Below are positions 10,303 to 18,951 of a stretch of 64,000 nucleotides of DNA, in pieces. The position numbers and the translations under genes were made by a program. The stretch comes from Halobacteriovoraceae bacterium (GTDB lineage: Bacteria > Bdellovibrionota > Bacteriovoracia > Bacteriovoracales > Bacteriovoracaceae), in the NCBI GenBank assembly GCA_963719505.1, contig CAVRCF010000003.1:192001-256000 (forward strand), given 5' to 3'. How positions within the stretch are numbered: position 1 is the stretch's first letter; every line of letters begins with the position of its first letter. The notes below the pieces were generated by a model. The model did not search any database and was not told where the DNA came from. It saw nothing but the letters and a program-made list of their open reading frames with translations.

Positions 10303-10530
10303 ACATATGCCTTTGAATAGAACTAATTCTTTAATGATAGTTAAAAAAAACCAATAAGTTTAGCAGGTAAAATCGGCGTTATATTGGGTCGAATTATGTA
10401 CCTAATTATGTGACTAACTTACTGACTGGGTTCTGGGGGAATCGCCCACTGTTAAACGAGAATATCTGGCCCTATGGCTTCGTACGTTACAGGGAAAAGC
10501 CATCTTAGTAGATGACAGTTTTTTCGGAAT

Positions 10531-10571
10531 AGGTCGAAAATGGCGGGAGCGGCTCCACTTGAACCTCTTTC
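10531..10571 (+). repeat. Right half R6 of the junction repeat, containing the exact tRNA-Asp 3' end
   Basis: tcgaaaatggcgggagcg is identical to 26084-26101, followed by gctccacttgaacc. Confidence 0.88.
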
Positions 10572-10711
10572 CAATAACTTAAAGTCTATGAGCATAGTAA
10601 TTGCCTTCGCCTACCATACTACAAAATTGATCAGCTCTGTTGGTAGTAAAAACTACCTTTATATAGAAAAATATAGTTTTTTGTGCTATTATGAATTCAA
10701 TGGAGGTACTT

Positions 10712-10936
10712 ATGGGTGCTAAGCAGCTTGCAACAAAAATTGATGAGAGTATTAAAGATGCTTTAGATCTATTCTGTGAAGATAGAGGTCTGAAGATTAA
10801 TAGGTTTCTAGAGGATGCAATTCTGGACAAAATTGAAGAGTATGAAGATATATCTGATATTCGAAAATTAAGAAAAGAAAAATCTCGCGACTTTCAAGAT
10901 GTTCTAAAAGAGTTGAAAACTAGTGGCAAATTATAA
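10712..10936 (+). CDS. Antitoxin (RHH/CopG-like) of a RelBE-type pair
   Basis: GGAGG RBS; small protein with an acidic central segment, overlapping the downstream RelE. Confidence 0.75.
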   Translation: MGAKQLATKIDESIKDALDLFCEDRGLKINRFLEDAILDKIEEYEDISDIRKLRKEKSRDFQDVLKELKTSGKL

Positions 10937-11186
10937 AATCGAAATTACTTCTACAGCAGAGAAGTCGTTAAAAAAAATACCTAAAAAAGATATTGGTAAA
11001 GTTGTTGAAGCAATCCAGATTTTGGCAATATCACCTTTCCCTAGTGGTTGCCGAAAACTTAAAGGTGAAGAAGACGTCTATCGTGTTCGCCAAGGAAATT
11101 ACCGAATAATTTATGATATTCTTGATACTAAGTTAATTGTCTTAGTTTTGAAAATTGGACACCGTAAAGACATCTATAAAAAGTAG
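10923..11186 (+). CDS. relE: RelE/ParE-family toxin
   Basis: RKLKG..YRVRQGNYRIIYDI....VLKIGHRKDIY. Confidence 0.92.
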   Translation: MANYKIEITSTAEKSLKKIPKKDIGKVVEAIQILAISPFPSGCRKLKGEEDVYRVRQGNYRIIYDILDTKLIVLVLKIGHRKDIYKK

Positions 11187-11450
11187 CTCTATTTCGAGCA
11201 TACAATTACTTACAAAACAACCACGAATAATAAACTTAAGAAAGCGTTCGATGAATGTGGCATTAGATATAAGACTTGGCATTGTTGCAGACATACTAGA
11301 GGTACATTTCTGTATGGAAAAACAGGGGATAAAGCTCTATCAATGAGCTGGTTAGGGCACTCGAGTGAGCGAGTTCACGACAAATATCTACATACTTATG
11401 AGGCCTTGATGAGAGAGATTAAATCGAAGGATTGTGATTGGGGAGATTAA
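11187..11450 (+). pseudogene. C-terminal remnant of a tyrosine recombinase/integrase (not in ORF track)
   Basis: My translation: KTWHCCRHTRGT (HxxR)...SWLGHSS (LGH)...DKYLH (catalytic Tyr); the N-terminal part is missing. Confidence 0.8.
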
Positions 11451-11493
11451 ATAAAATTAGTAAACTTTGATGCTCAAAATCCGATAATATTGT

Positions 11494-12048
11494 ATGGCAT
11501 TTCAAGATGATGAGCGTGAAAAAGAGATGATTGAATCATTTGGACTAGATTCTGTCGAAGGACGAACTAGTACTGACGCAATTTAAAAAATTAGTGGAAA
11601 GGAATTGGAATTCGAATTGAAGTCTACTCAGTCTGGCTCAGTAACAACTGTAAGAGATTTTGGGCAGGAGCATATTCGAAAATGAAAGACAAAACACTGG
11701 TTAATTGGTGTATACACAAATAATATCCTTGATTATTGTTGGTATGGCTCTCCAAAAGATATCGCCAAATGGATAAAAAGCAAGGAAGAGTATATTCAAG
11801 CAGACTTTGATTTAGCAAGTTTGGTTCCCGATCTAGTTGGAACTGAAGTATTAAATAAGATCTTAGGTGATAAAGATTTTTATTCTTTGGAAGACGCTAG
11901 AAAATTGCATAAGAAACAATATACCAAGAATAAGTACTTAGAGTTAATGGATACGGAAACAGGTTATAGTAAATCTAAAATGCTTAGAATTCTTCAGGAC
12001 AGATGTAGGTATATAATTGAAAGAGGCTCTCTACTAATATTTTTATAA
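11494..12048 (+). pseudogene. Degraded PD-(D/E)xK nuclease, restriction-endonuclease-like
   Basis: MAFQDDEREKEM...TDAI*...FELKSTQSGSVTTVRDFG...; internal stops and frameshifts. Confidence 0.55.
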
Positions 12049-12800
12049 AAAATGAAAATTACTCGAACTTACTTGCACTCGTTAAAGAGGAGGACCCTGA
12101 TTTACTCCTCTTGCTAGAACCTGATGAGAAATGGAAGCAAGGTGTGCGAGCTTTAGAGGACCAATTTAAATTCTACAAACTACTGCCAAGGAATAATGCC
12201 TACGGGATGTTTCTTTATTCAAAATTTAAGTTAGAGGATCTAGAAGTCCGTTATTTGATAGATGAAAATGTTCCTTCTCTATATACGAAATTTTCTATTG
12301 ATAATTCGAGCCCAGTTCACCTTTTTTGCCTTCATCCAAGGCCACCAAGACCAGGTGAGTCTTCTAGTCTTCAAAGAGATGCTGAGTTAATTAAAGTTGC
12401 AAAGGAAGTTAAAGAGATCAATACAGAGCCTGCTTTTGTGATTGGTGATTTAAATGATGTCGCTTGGTCACATACAACTCGTCTTTTCAAAAGGCTAAGC
12501 GAAACACTAGACCCCCGAGTTGGAAGAGGATTCCTTAATACATTTCCTGCCAGCAGTAAGATCTTCTCTTTTCCTCTCGATCACGTTTTCCACACAAAAA
12601 AACTTGGCTTGAAAGAAATGAAGGTGCTAAGAAATATAGGTTCCGATCATCGTCCTATATCTATTTCTTTTGAAATCTTAGAGCGTGGCGAGGAGAGCTC
12701 TTCTCCTGAGTGTGCTGATTCAGAAGATAAAGAGGAAGCAAAGTCTACCGAGCAAGAGTCAAAAAAGTGGGATGGGCCAGTAAAAGAGGTTGATAGTTAG
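12049..12800 (+). pseudogene. Endonuclease/exonuclease/phosphatase-family protein, 5' truncated
   Basis: DPDLLLLLE, GDLNDVAWS, LDHVF and GSDH motifs; reading frame begins abruptly after the preceding remnant. Confidence 0.75.
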
Positions 12801-12874
12801 TAGTATAAAAAACGCTTTTCAGAGGCTTTTTTTGCAAGTGTAGACTGTGAATCTTCAAAATCAAAAGGTTAAAG

Positions 12875-13267
12875 CTAAGTTATTTTAGACAAAAATTCAT
12901 TCACCTTTGAGATCAGCAGTTTCTTATCCACAGGCTTTTTTATGTAATCATCAAACTTAAAAGGGTTATTCGTTTCTGGCCAGGAGTCTTCTTCGTAAGC
13001 ACTCATTGCAAGTATCTTATGATTTGGGTTTTCAGATTTTAGGTGATTTAGTGCCTCAATACCATTCATTTCAGGCATTTCAATATCAAATATGAATAAA
13101 TCAAAATTAAACTCACTTGCCATCTTTACTGCTTCTAGGCCATTTTCGGCGAATTTTATCTGTGCATTAGTATTGCGTAGATAAAAATCATAAATTCTAA
13201 AGTTTTCAATACAGTCGTCTGCAATTAAGATTTTATATTTACTGAGGTCTAAATTTGCTTCATTCAA
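12875..13267 (-). CDS. Single-domain response regulator (REC)
   Basis: ILIADD, FDIEMPEMNG, YIKKP. Confidence 0.92.
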   Translation of the reverse strand: MNEANLDLSKYKILIADDCIENFRIYDFYLRNTNAQIKFAENGLEAVKMASEFNFDLFIFDIEMPEMNGIEALNHLKSENPNHKILAMSAYEEDSWPETNNPFKFDDYIKKPVDKKLLISKVNEFLSKIT

Positions 13268-14399
13268 TGGTTATATCTCCAATGATGTGTTGCTTGTATT
13301 TTTTCGTGAAAGGAAACTTAATCATAAAACTTGCACCTTTACCTAAAGTAGATTGTGCATCAACAGATGCTTTCATTAATTTAGCTAAACCGAATGATAT
13401 ATGTAGACCAAGTCCACTTCCACCAAACTCTTTCGTTATCTCTGTGCTTTCTTGGCTAAACTCACCGAATATATTTTTTTTAAAGGTTGGATCAAAACCT
13501 TGTCCTGTATCATGAATTGTAAAGGTGGCAATATCATTTATATCTGTAGAGACTTCAAAAGAAATTGTTCCAGTCTTTGTGAACTTTAAAGCATTACTTA
13601 AAAAGTTATTTAGTATTTGTTTCAAACGAAAGGCATCAGCTGATATAAATGATTTTTCACAAATGTTTTCACAGATATGAAATTCCCAGTTTAATTTTTT
13701 TGCCTTTACTAAAACAGCAGAATCTAATGCAAATCCTTGTGCAAATCCATAGATACTTACTTCTTGATTATTTACTTGGAGCTTATTCATCTCAAGTTTT
13801 GAAAAATCAAGGATCTCATCTACAAGTCTTTTAATATCGTGAGTTTGACGATAAAAAATTTCGGCGGTTTCTTCCGCAGGTATAGCATCAGGGTCCTCCC
13901 GCAAAATATTACTGTATCCTATCATCGTGTTTAATGGGTTCCTAACTTCATGAGCTATAAAGTTCATCAAGTAAGTTTTAGCCTTTACGAGCTTAGAGAT
14001 CTTAAGATTTCTTTCATTTAGATATGAATTTAACTCATTAACATAGTCTGTTCTTTGACGTAGTGTTTGTCTCTTTTGAAATTTCTCGAGGCCTGACTGT
14101 GGTAAACAAAATCCTATAAATTTAAATATTAAATTATCATCATCCTCAGTTACTTTAAAAAAATTAAAATTTGACTCTAAGCTTTCACTATTAATAGCTA
14201 CCTTTATCTTGTCGCTCTTAATGACTATAATTAGGCTGCTTTTTTCAAAAAGGGATAAAACTATTTTCTGTAATTCACGACATATCTTTAAACACTTCTC
14301 AGTAGATTTTTCTGTATAGGTCAGTAACTCAAAGAAGATCTCTTCAAATAAAAAAACATCAGAATTTTGATAAATAGGAAATTTCAAGTTTCTATTCAT
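13260..14399 (-). CDS. Sensor histidine kinase
   Basis: AHEVRNPL H-box; NALKFT, DTGQG and GGSGLGL boxes. Confidence 0.92.
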   Translation of the reverse strand: MNRNLKFPIYQNSDVFLFEEIFFELLTYTEKSTEKCLKICRELQKIVLSLFEKSSLIIVIKSDKIKVAINSESLESNFNFFKVTEDDDNLIFKFIGFCLPQSGLEKFQKRQTLRQRTDYVNELNSYLNERNLKISKLVKAKTYLMNFIAHEVRNPLNTMIGYSNILREDPDAIPAEETAEIFYRQTHDIKRLVDEILDFSKLEMNKLQVNNQEVSIYGFAQGFALDSAVLVKAKKLNWEFHICENICEKSFISADAFRLKQILNNFLSNALKFTKTGTISFEVSTDINDIATFTIHDTGQGFDPTFKKNIFGEFSQESTEITKEFGGSGLGLHISFGLAKLMKASVDAQSTLGKGASFMIKFPFTKKYKQHIIGDITIE

Positions 14400-14799
14400 A
14401 CTGAAGCACTTTTTTGAAGTTAATGACAGTTCCTTTTGTGTCAGATTTTATTTTAAACTGATCAGCTATTCTTTTGCAGGAAGCGAGACCAAGCCCTAAA
14501 GTATCACCTGTTGAAAAATTCTCTTTTAATGCTCTATTTATGTTTTCTATACCTGGCCCTTTGTCTTTTGATATAATGATTGCCTCACAGCTATCCACAT
14601 AAAAAGTTAGTGAAATTGTTAATTCGCCATCGTGGGCGTACTTAACTAGGTTTGTTCCAAGTTCAGATACTGCTGTTACGTATCGACATAGATCAACACT
14701 ATTAATATCTTTTCTTATGCCAAAGTTCATTATGGAGCCTAGTACAGAGATAACATCTGATTCGGCAGTGATTGGAAACGTTTTTTCTACTTTTTCCAT
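14392..14799 (-). CDS. rsbT: RsbT-like Ser/Thr kinase (anti-sigma regulatory factor)
   Basis: TAVSELGTNLVKYA, DKGPGI..I..AL...FSTG.TLGLGL. Confidence 0.85.
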   Translation of the reverse strand: MEKVEKTFPITAESDVISVLGSIMNFGIRKDINSVDLCRYVTAVSELGTNLVKYAHDGELTISLTFYVDSCEAIIISKDKGPGIENINRALKENFSTGDTLGLGLASCKRIADQFKIKSDTKGTVINFKKVLQYE

Positions 14800-15107
14800 A
14801 ATATCTCATAATCACTATGGCTATCTCTTGATGAGATAGACGTTGAGAGCATAGGTGACATGTTTATTTTTTTAGTTTTATGATCCAAGATATTTAAGAC
14901 ATTTATAAATCGCACAAGATCTGTTAATTCTTGATCAGAGATATGGTTCAAACCATCAAAATCTAATATCACTTCACTCGTTGTTGAAGCTTTACACAAG
15001 TCATTTAACTTTTCATAAGTTTCTGGGAAACACATTTGTTCCAATGATTCATGATAAATATTCACTTTAATAGTGTGACCTTGTCTGCTAAAAAAATTTA
15101 TTGGCAT
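14787..15107 (-). CDS. Divergent STAS-domain protein in the RsbS position
   Basis: VILDFDGLNHIS STAS-like motif; lies between the rsbR-like and rsbT-like genes. Confidence 0.55.
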   Translation of the reverse strand: MPINFFSRQGHTIKVNIYHESLEQMCFPETYEKLNDLCKASTTSEVILDFDGLNHISDQELTDLVRFINVLNILDHKTKKINMSPMLSTSISSRDSHSDYEILWKK

Positions 15108-15108
15108 A

Positions 15109-15528
15109 TCAGATATTTTCCTGATCCCTTGTTAACTTATAACCCAATTTTAACATACAGTATTGGAGGGCATTACCAATTGTAGTCTTAGTGGTCATTT
15201 GATCAAAATTAATATTGAGGGTTGTCATTGAGTGAGCAACGGTGGCATTTATTCCAGATAAAACGCAATCGCAACCCATTAATGTAGCGGCTTTATTAAG
15301 GTTTAAGATATGCTTTGAGACGGAACTATCAATAGCAGGTACATTAGAAATATCTACGATTAAAAAAGGTGCATCCTTATCTTGGATTGAGTGTAAGGTT
15401 TTTGATAAAATAGCCTCAGCTTTAGTTGAGTCAAGAAAGCCAGATATTGATAAAAATAAAATTCCATCCCACAGTTGATTAACGGTAATTAGTTCTTTGT
15501 AATCCGCATTATTTGCAAAATCAGTCAT
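15109..15528 (-). CDS. STAS-domain protein, RsbR-like (STAS only)
   Basis: LWDGIL...G.LDS..A, IVDISNVPAIDS, LMGC..VLSGI..VA. Confidence 0.85.
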   Translation of the reverse strand: MTDFANNADYKELITVNQLWDGILFLSISGFLDSTKAEAILSKTLHSIQDKDAPFLIVDISNVPAIDSSVSKHILNLNKAATLMGCDCVLSGINATVAHSMTTLNINFDQMTTKTTIGNALQYCMLKLGYKLTRDQENI

Positions 15529-15689
15529 ACATCATCCTTATTTAAAAATATTTATTAGTATAAACACAACGTATAGTAAGCTCAATAAGGCTAAACGTAA
15601 AAGTAATAATGTATAACTTGTCGTTCATACATAGCTGCAGTGAGTCGTTCTAAAGATTTAAAGTAAAAAGAGATTTTTGAGTATATCCG

Positions 15690-15961
15690 AAAAAAGTTTG
15701 GTTTTTAAAAGGAAATGAACTCTTATGAACATAAGATAACGGACAAGTTTGTAAAAAATGGTAGTGAATAAGTGTCTTGGTGACAAGATAACTAGATGAA
15801 AAAGTAGCAATGCGGATTTTTTATAGAGCTTTTGAAGTTATCCGCGCAGGCACTGAAATTGAGCAGAGTTTTGGGTGCAGGAATCCATCCCTGTTTTTGG
15901 CCCTCAGGGTGACAGGCCGATTTTTTTGTAGAAAAAGAGGAAAGTTAGTCGTGGATTTGGG
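15690..15961 (+). mobile_element. Orphan, diverged right-end non-coding region of an IS1380-like element
   Basis: ttggtgacaagataactagatgaaaaagta matches ttggcgacaaaataagtagatgaaaaagta (~23731-23760); ends in gtggatttggg like gcggatttggg at 25835 and 25948. Confidence 0.7.
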
Positions 15962-16108
15962 TGTTACAAGTCTTGCTTCAAAGATAAAAGTTTCTCGTAA
16001 AACCATTTATCATTAGAAAAAGAAATATCCTGATTAAGAGATGCTAAAAGATGACATAGCTAGTAAATTTTGTGAGAATTTTTATATTAAATTAAAATGG
16101 AGTTTAAT

Positions 16109-16180
16109 ATGAAATTTGTAGCACTATTATTACTTTTATTATCAACTTCAATTTTTGCTAAAGATAAGTTTGATTTAAAC
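16109..16180 (+). pseudogene. N-terminus of a secreted protein truncated by an IS
   Basis: GGAG RBS then the signal peptide MKFVALLLLLLSTSIFAKDKFDLN, cut at the IS end. Confidence 0.6.
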
Positions 16181-16283
16181 TGTTCGTGACCCTGGACTGC
16201 GGTCGTAATATCGGAGTCCAACATACTTATTTAAAGCCCTGAAAATAGGTCAATTCTTAAATCTGATATAATCAATTTAGGAG

Positions 16284-16685
16284 TTGAAAATGACAAAAAG
16301 AAACAGAAAAACATTTACCAAAGAGCAAAAAGACTGGGCCGTCGACGAATTCATTGCCGGAAGCCTCAGTGTCGATCAAATTGCAGAGCAACTCGGAGCT
16401 GAACCTCAATACATTTATCGATGGAAAGTTCTCAGAGAAGAAAAACTTAAAGGTCTCAGAGTTGAGGAGCTAACAGCTCGCGGAAATTCTATCGAGGAAT
16501 CACAAAGGATTTTTGAATTTGAGCTCGAAGTTGATGCCTATAAAAAGAAATTTGCCGAACAAGTTCTCATAAGTGACCTTTTAAAAAAACTCCTGAAGTA
16601 TCCACCCTTACAACGAGAGAGCGAATTGACTGGGTTACTAAAAACTATAAAAGCACAGGAACTAAAAAGAAGGCAATCCAAATAA
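16284..16685 (+). CDS. IS3 OrfA (HTH)
   Basis: RKTFTKEQK...IYRWK; A7 slippery site at ~16583. Confidence 0.88.
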   Translation: MKMTKRNRKTFTKEQKDWAVDEFIAGSLSVDQIAEQLGAEPQYIYRWKVLREEKLKGLRVEELTARGNSIEESQRIFEFELEVDAYKKKFAEQVLISDLLKKLLKYPPLQRESELTGLLKTIKAQELKRRQSK

Positions 16686-17506
16686 TGGAGCTATCATCAT
16701 CTACTTATTATAAAGATTCAAAAGTTACCAGAGCAGAAAAAGAAGAACATGATGCTGATATTCGAGGTAAAGTTGAACAGCTAAGAGTAGCGTTTTCAAG
16801 AGCCGGTTACAGGCCATTACTACAGCACTTAAAAAGACATGGTATCTCTGTTGGAGAAACTCGTTTAAGACGAATTCTAGGTGAATCAGGGCTCTTTTTA
16901 AAGCCAAAAAGAAAGTATATGAGAACAACGACGTCAGATCATGATGAACTTGTTCATCCAAATTTGATTCAAGGGATGACTATTGATGGAGTTAATCAAG
17001 TTTGGGCCGGAGATATAACTTATATTCGAATTAACAATGGATTTGTTTTCCTGGCAGTCCTTCTTGATCTTTATTCACGTAAAGTCATTGGTTGGTCAGT
17101 CTCAAAAAGAATAGATGGGCAGTTAACTCTAGATGCTTTGAAGATGGCCATCAAACGAAGAAATCCACCAGAGGGAGTTATTCACCACACAGATCGAGGA
17201 GTTCAGTATCTCTGTGAAAAATATGTAAAAGAATTGAAGGAAAATAATTTTCACCTATCTTGTTCTCGAAAAGGGAATCCTTATGACAACGCTTGGTCAG
17301 AATCTTTTATGAAAACTTTAAAGCACGAAAAAGTTTTTATGAGGAAGTACGATACATTTTTAGACGTGATTGATAAGCTGCCATATTTTATTGAAGAAGT
17401 TTATAATAAGAAAAGATTGCATTCATCTTTGAATTACTTGCCACCGGAAGAATTTGAAGATATTTACACTGAAGAAAAAAAGGATCGACCTGTTTTTATA
17501 CTTTAG
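16685..17506 (+). CDS. IS3 OrfB transposase catalytic domain
   Basis: WAGDITY, HHTDRGVQY, NAWSESF. Confidence 0.93.
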   Translation: MELSSSTYYKDSKVTRAEKEEHDADIRGKVEQLRVAFSRAGYRPLLQHLKRHGISVGETRLRRILGESGLFLKPKRKYMRTTTSDHDELVHPNLIQGMTIDGVNQVWAGDITYIRINNGFVFLAVLLDLYSRKVIGWSVSKRIDGQLTLDALKMAIKRRNPPEGVIHHTDRGVQYLCEKYVKELKENNFHLSCSRKGNPYDNAWSESFMKTLKHEKVFMRKYDTFLDVIDKLPYFIEEVYNKKRLHSSLNYLPPEEFEDIYTEEKKDRPVFIL

Positions 17507-17575
17507 CGTGTTGGTGTCCGATCAAACGACCGCAGTCCACCCCCCTTTTGATGGCTACCTCTTAACGGAGGAAAA

Positions 17576-17941
17576 ATGGGAAGAAATAGAAGAAGATTTA
17601 GTGAAGATCAAAAAGTTCAAATCCTACAGGAACATCGTTCAAAAGGTGCTCCAATTTCAGTTTTAGCACGAGTCCATGATATAAATGCAGTAACTTTATA
17701 CCAATGGAAAAGAGCTATGAAAGACAAACCTGATACTAATATTGATGTTGCTGACCTTTTGAAACAAATTGATCAACTAAAAAAAGACAAAGATAAACTA
17801 CTAAAGAAAGTTGGCGAGTTTACCCTCAGAGAAGAGGTCGCTCAGGATATCATCGACTTTTATAAAAAAAAGATCTTGGAACAGGAGTTGAGCGAGCAAA
17901 AGAATTCATCAAACTCAAAAAGAAAGGATCAAAAAAAATGA
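17576..17941 (+). CDS. IS3/IS2-like OrfA
   Basis: RRRFSEDQK...LYQWKR; A8G frameshift motif at ~17864. Confidence 0.88.
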   Translation: MGRNRRRFSEDQKVQILQEHRSKGAPISVLARVHDINAVTLYQWKRAMKDKPDTNIDVADLLKQIDQLKKDKDKLLKKVGEFTLREEVAQDIIDFYKKKILEQELSEQKNSSNSKRKDQKK

Positions 17942-18741
17942 TCTGCGAAATGTTTGGAGTTCACTCAAAATCAATTTATAAAACTACTAGCTCAAAGAAA
18001 TTTTACTTTAAAGCTGAAGATGAAGATATTCTCAGCCAGATTCGATCTATCGTTTCTTTGCGCCCAACTTATGGTTATAAAAGAGTTACGGCCATGGTCA
18101 ATCGTATGCGACTTACCCTAGGCCATCCAAGGCTTAATAAGAAGCGTATTTACAGGATAATGAGAATGAATGGCCTTCTTCTTCCAAAGTCTGCTGTGAC
18201 GAGAACTCACACTTCAACTGGAAAAGTAATGACTCTGCATTCGAATATGAGGTGGTGCAGTGATTGTTTTGAGATTAAGTGCTTTAACGGAGAAAAATTT
18301 TTTGTATCTTTTGTTTTAGATACATGTGACAGAGAAGTTCTCTCATTTGTAGCCTCAAAATCACCACTGCTTGCGACTGATATTGAAAGTTTAATGCTAA
18401 AAGCTGTACGCTATAGGTTTAAAGATTATAAGACTTCTAGAACGATAGAATTTTTATCGGATAGAGGAAGTATTTACCGAGCCCATTCAGTTAAGAATTT
18501 AGCGAATCATCTTGGTTTAAAAAGCTGTTACACAGCAGCCTATAGTCCAGAATCAAATGGAATGAGTGAAGCTTTTGTGAAAACGATCAAGCGAGATTAC
18601 GTCTACAACAGCGATTGTTACAGCTCAGATATATTGCTTAAAATGATTAAGGGATGGGTGAACGATTATAATGAAATAGCACCACATTCAGGGCTTGGCA
18701 TGTTGAGTCCAAAAGAGTATTTATTAGAAAATCAAAGGTAG
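17938..18741 (+). CDS. IS3/IS2-like OrfB transposase
   Basis: RWCSDCFE, LSDRGS, SPESNGMSEAFVKTIKRDY. Confidence 0.93.
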   Translation: MICEMFGVHSKSIYKTTSSKKFYFKAEDEDILSQIRSIVSLRPTYGYKRVTAMVNRMRLTLGHPRLNKKRIYRIMRMNGLLLPKSAVTRTHTSTGKVMTLHSNMRWCSDCFEIKCFNGEKFFVSFVLDTCDREVLSFVASKSPLLATDIESLMLKAVRYRFKDYKTSRTIEFLSDRGSIYRAHSVKNLANHLGLKSCYTAAYSPESNGMSEAFVKTIKRDYVYNSDCYSSDILLKMIKGWVNDYNEIAPHSGLGMLSPKEYLLENQR

Positions 18742-18764
18742 CCTGAAACGGGGTCCAATCCAAA

Positions 18765-18947
18765 TATGATGTCTTGGATCTAATTAAAAACAATAAGTTG
18801 AAGTTAGTGCTAGCAGACTTAACACCTGAGTCTATGCCCATTTCATTCATCTACTCACATAAAAAACACCTTTCTCAAAAAGTGACAGCTTTTATGGATT
18901 GGTTTGATGAAATTTTCCAAAGCAATATAACGATTAATAAAGGATAA
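18765..18947 (+). pseudogene. C-terminal remnant of a LysR-type regulator (not in ORF track)
   Basis: My translation: YDVLDLIKNNKLKLVLADLTPESMPISFIYSHKKHLSQKVTAFMDWF, like the end of a CrgA-type LysR substrate domain. Confidence 0.7.
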
Positions 18948-18951
18948 ATTT

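Larger units (their letters stand above)
16193..17539 (+). mobile_element. IS3-family insertion sequence, complete
   Basis: 31-bp IRs tggactgcggtcg..ccaaca; TG...CA ends; 3-bp CCC target duplication. Confidence 0.92.
16181..18762 (+). mobile_element. IS3-family (IS2-group-like) element whose left IR is split by another IS3 element
   Basis: Reconstructed left end tgttcgtgacccccc..ggctacct versus right end (reverse complement) tggattggacccc..ggctacct; orfA/orfB at 17576-18741. Confidence 0.78.

Noticed and set aside
10531-10571. Additional tRNA genes at R3, R4 and R6
   Set aside because: Only the 3' acceptor strand and a T-loop-like motif are present, with no cloverleaf.
18768-18782. 15-bp match gatgtcttggatcta with 41601
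   Set aside because: The two sites are unrelated coding contexts (LysR remnant versus kinase), so this is likely coincidence.
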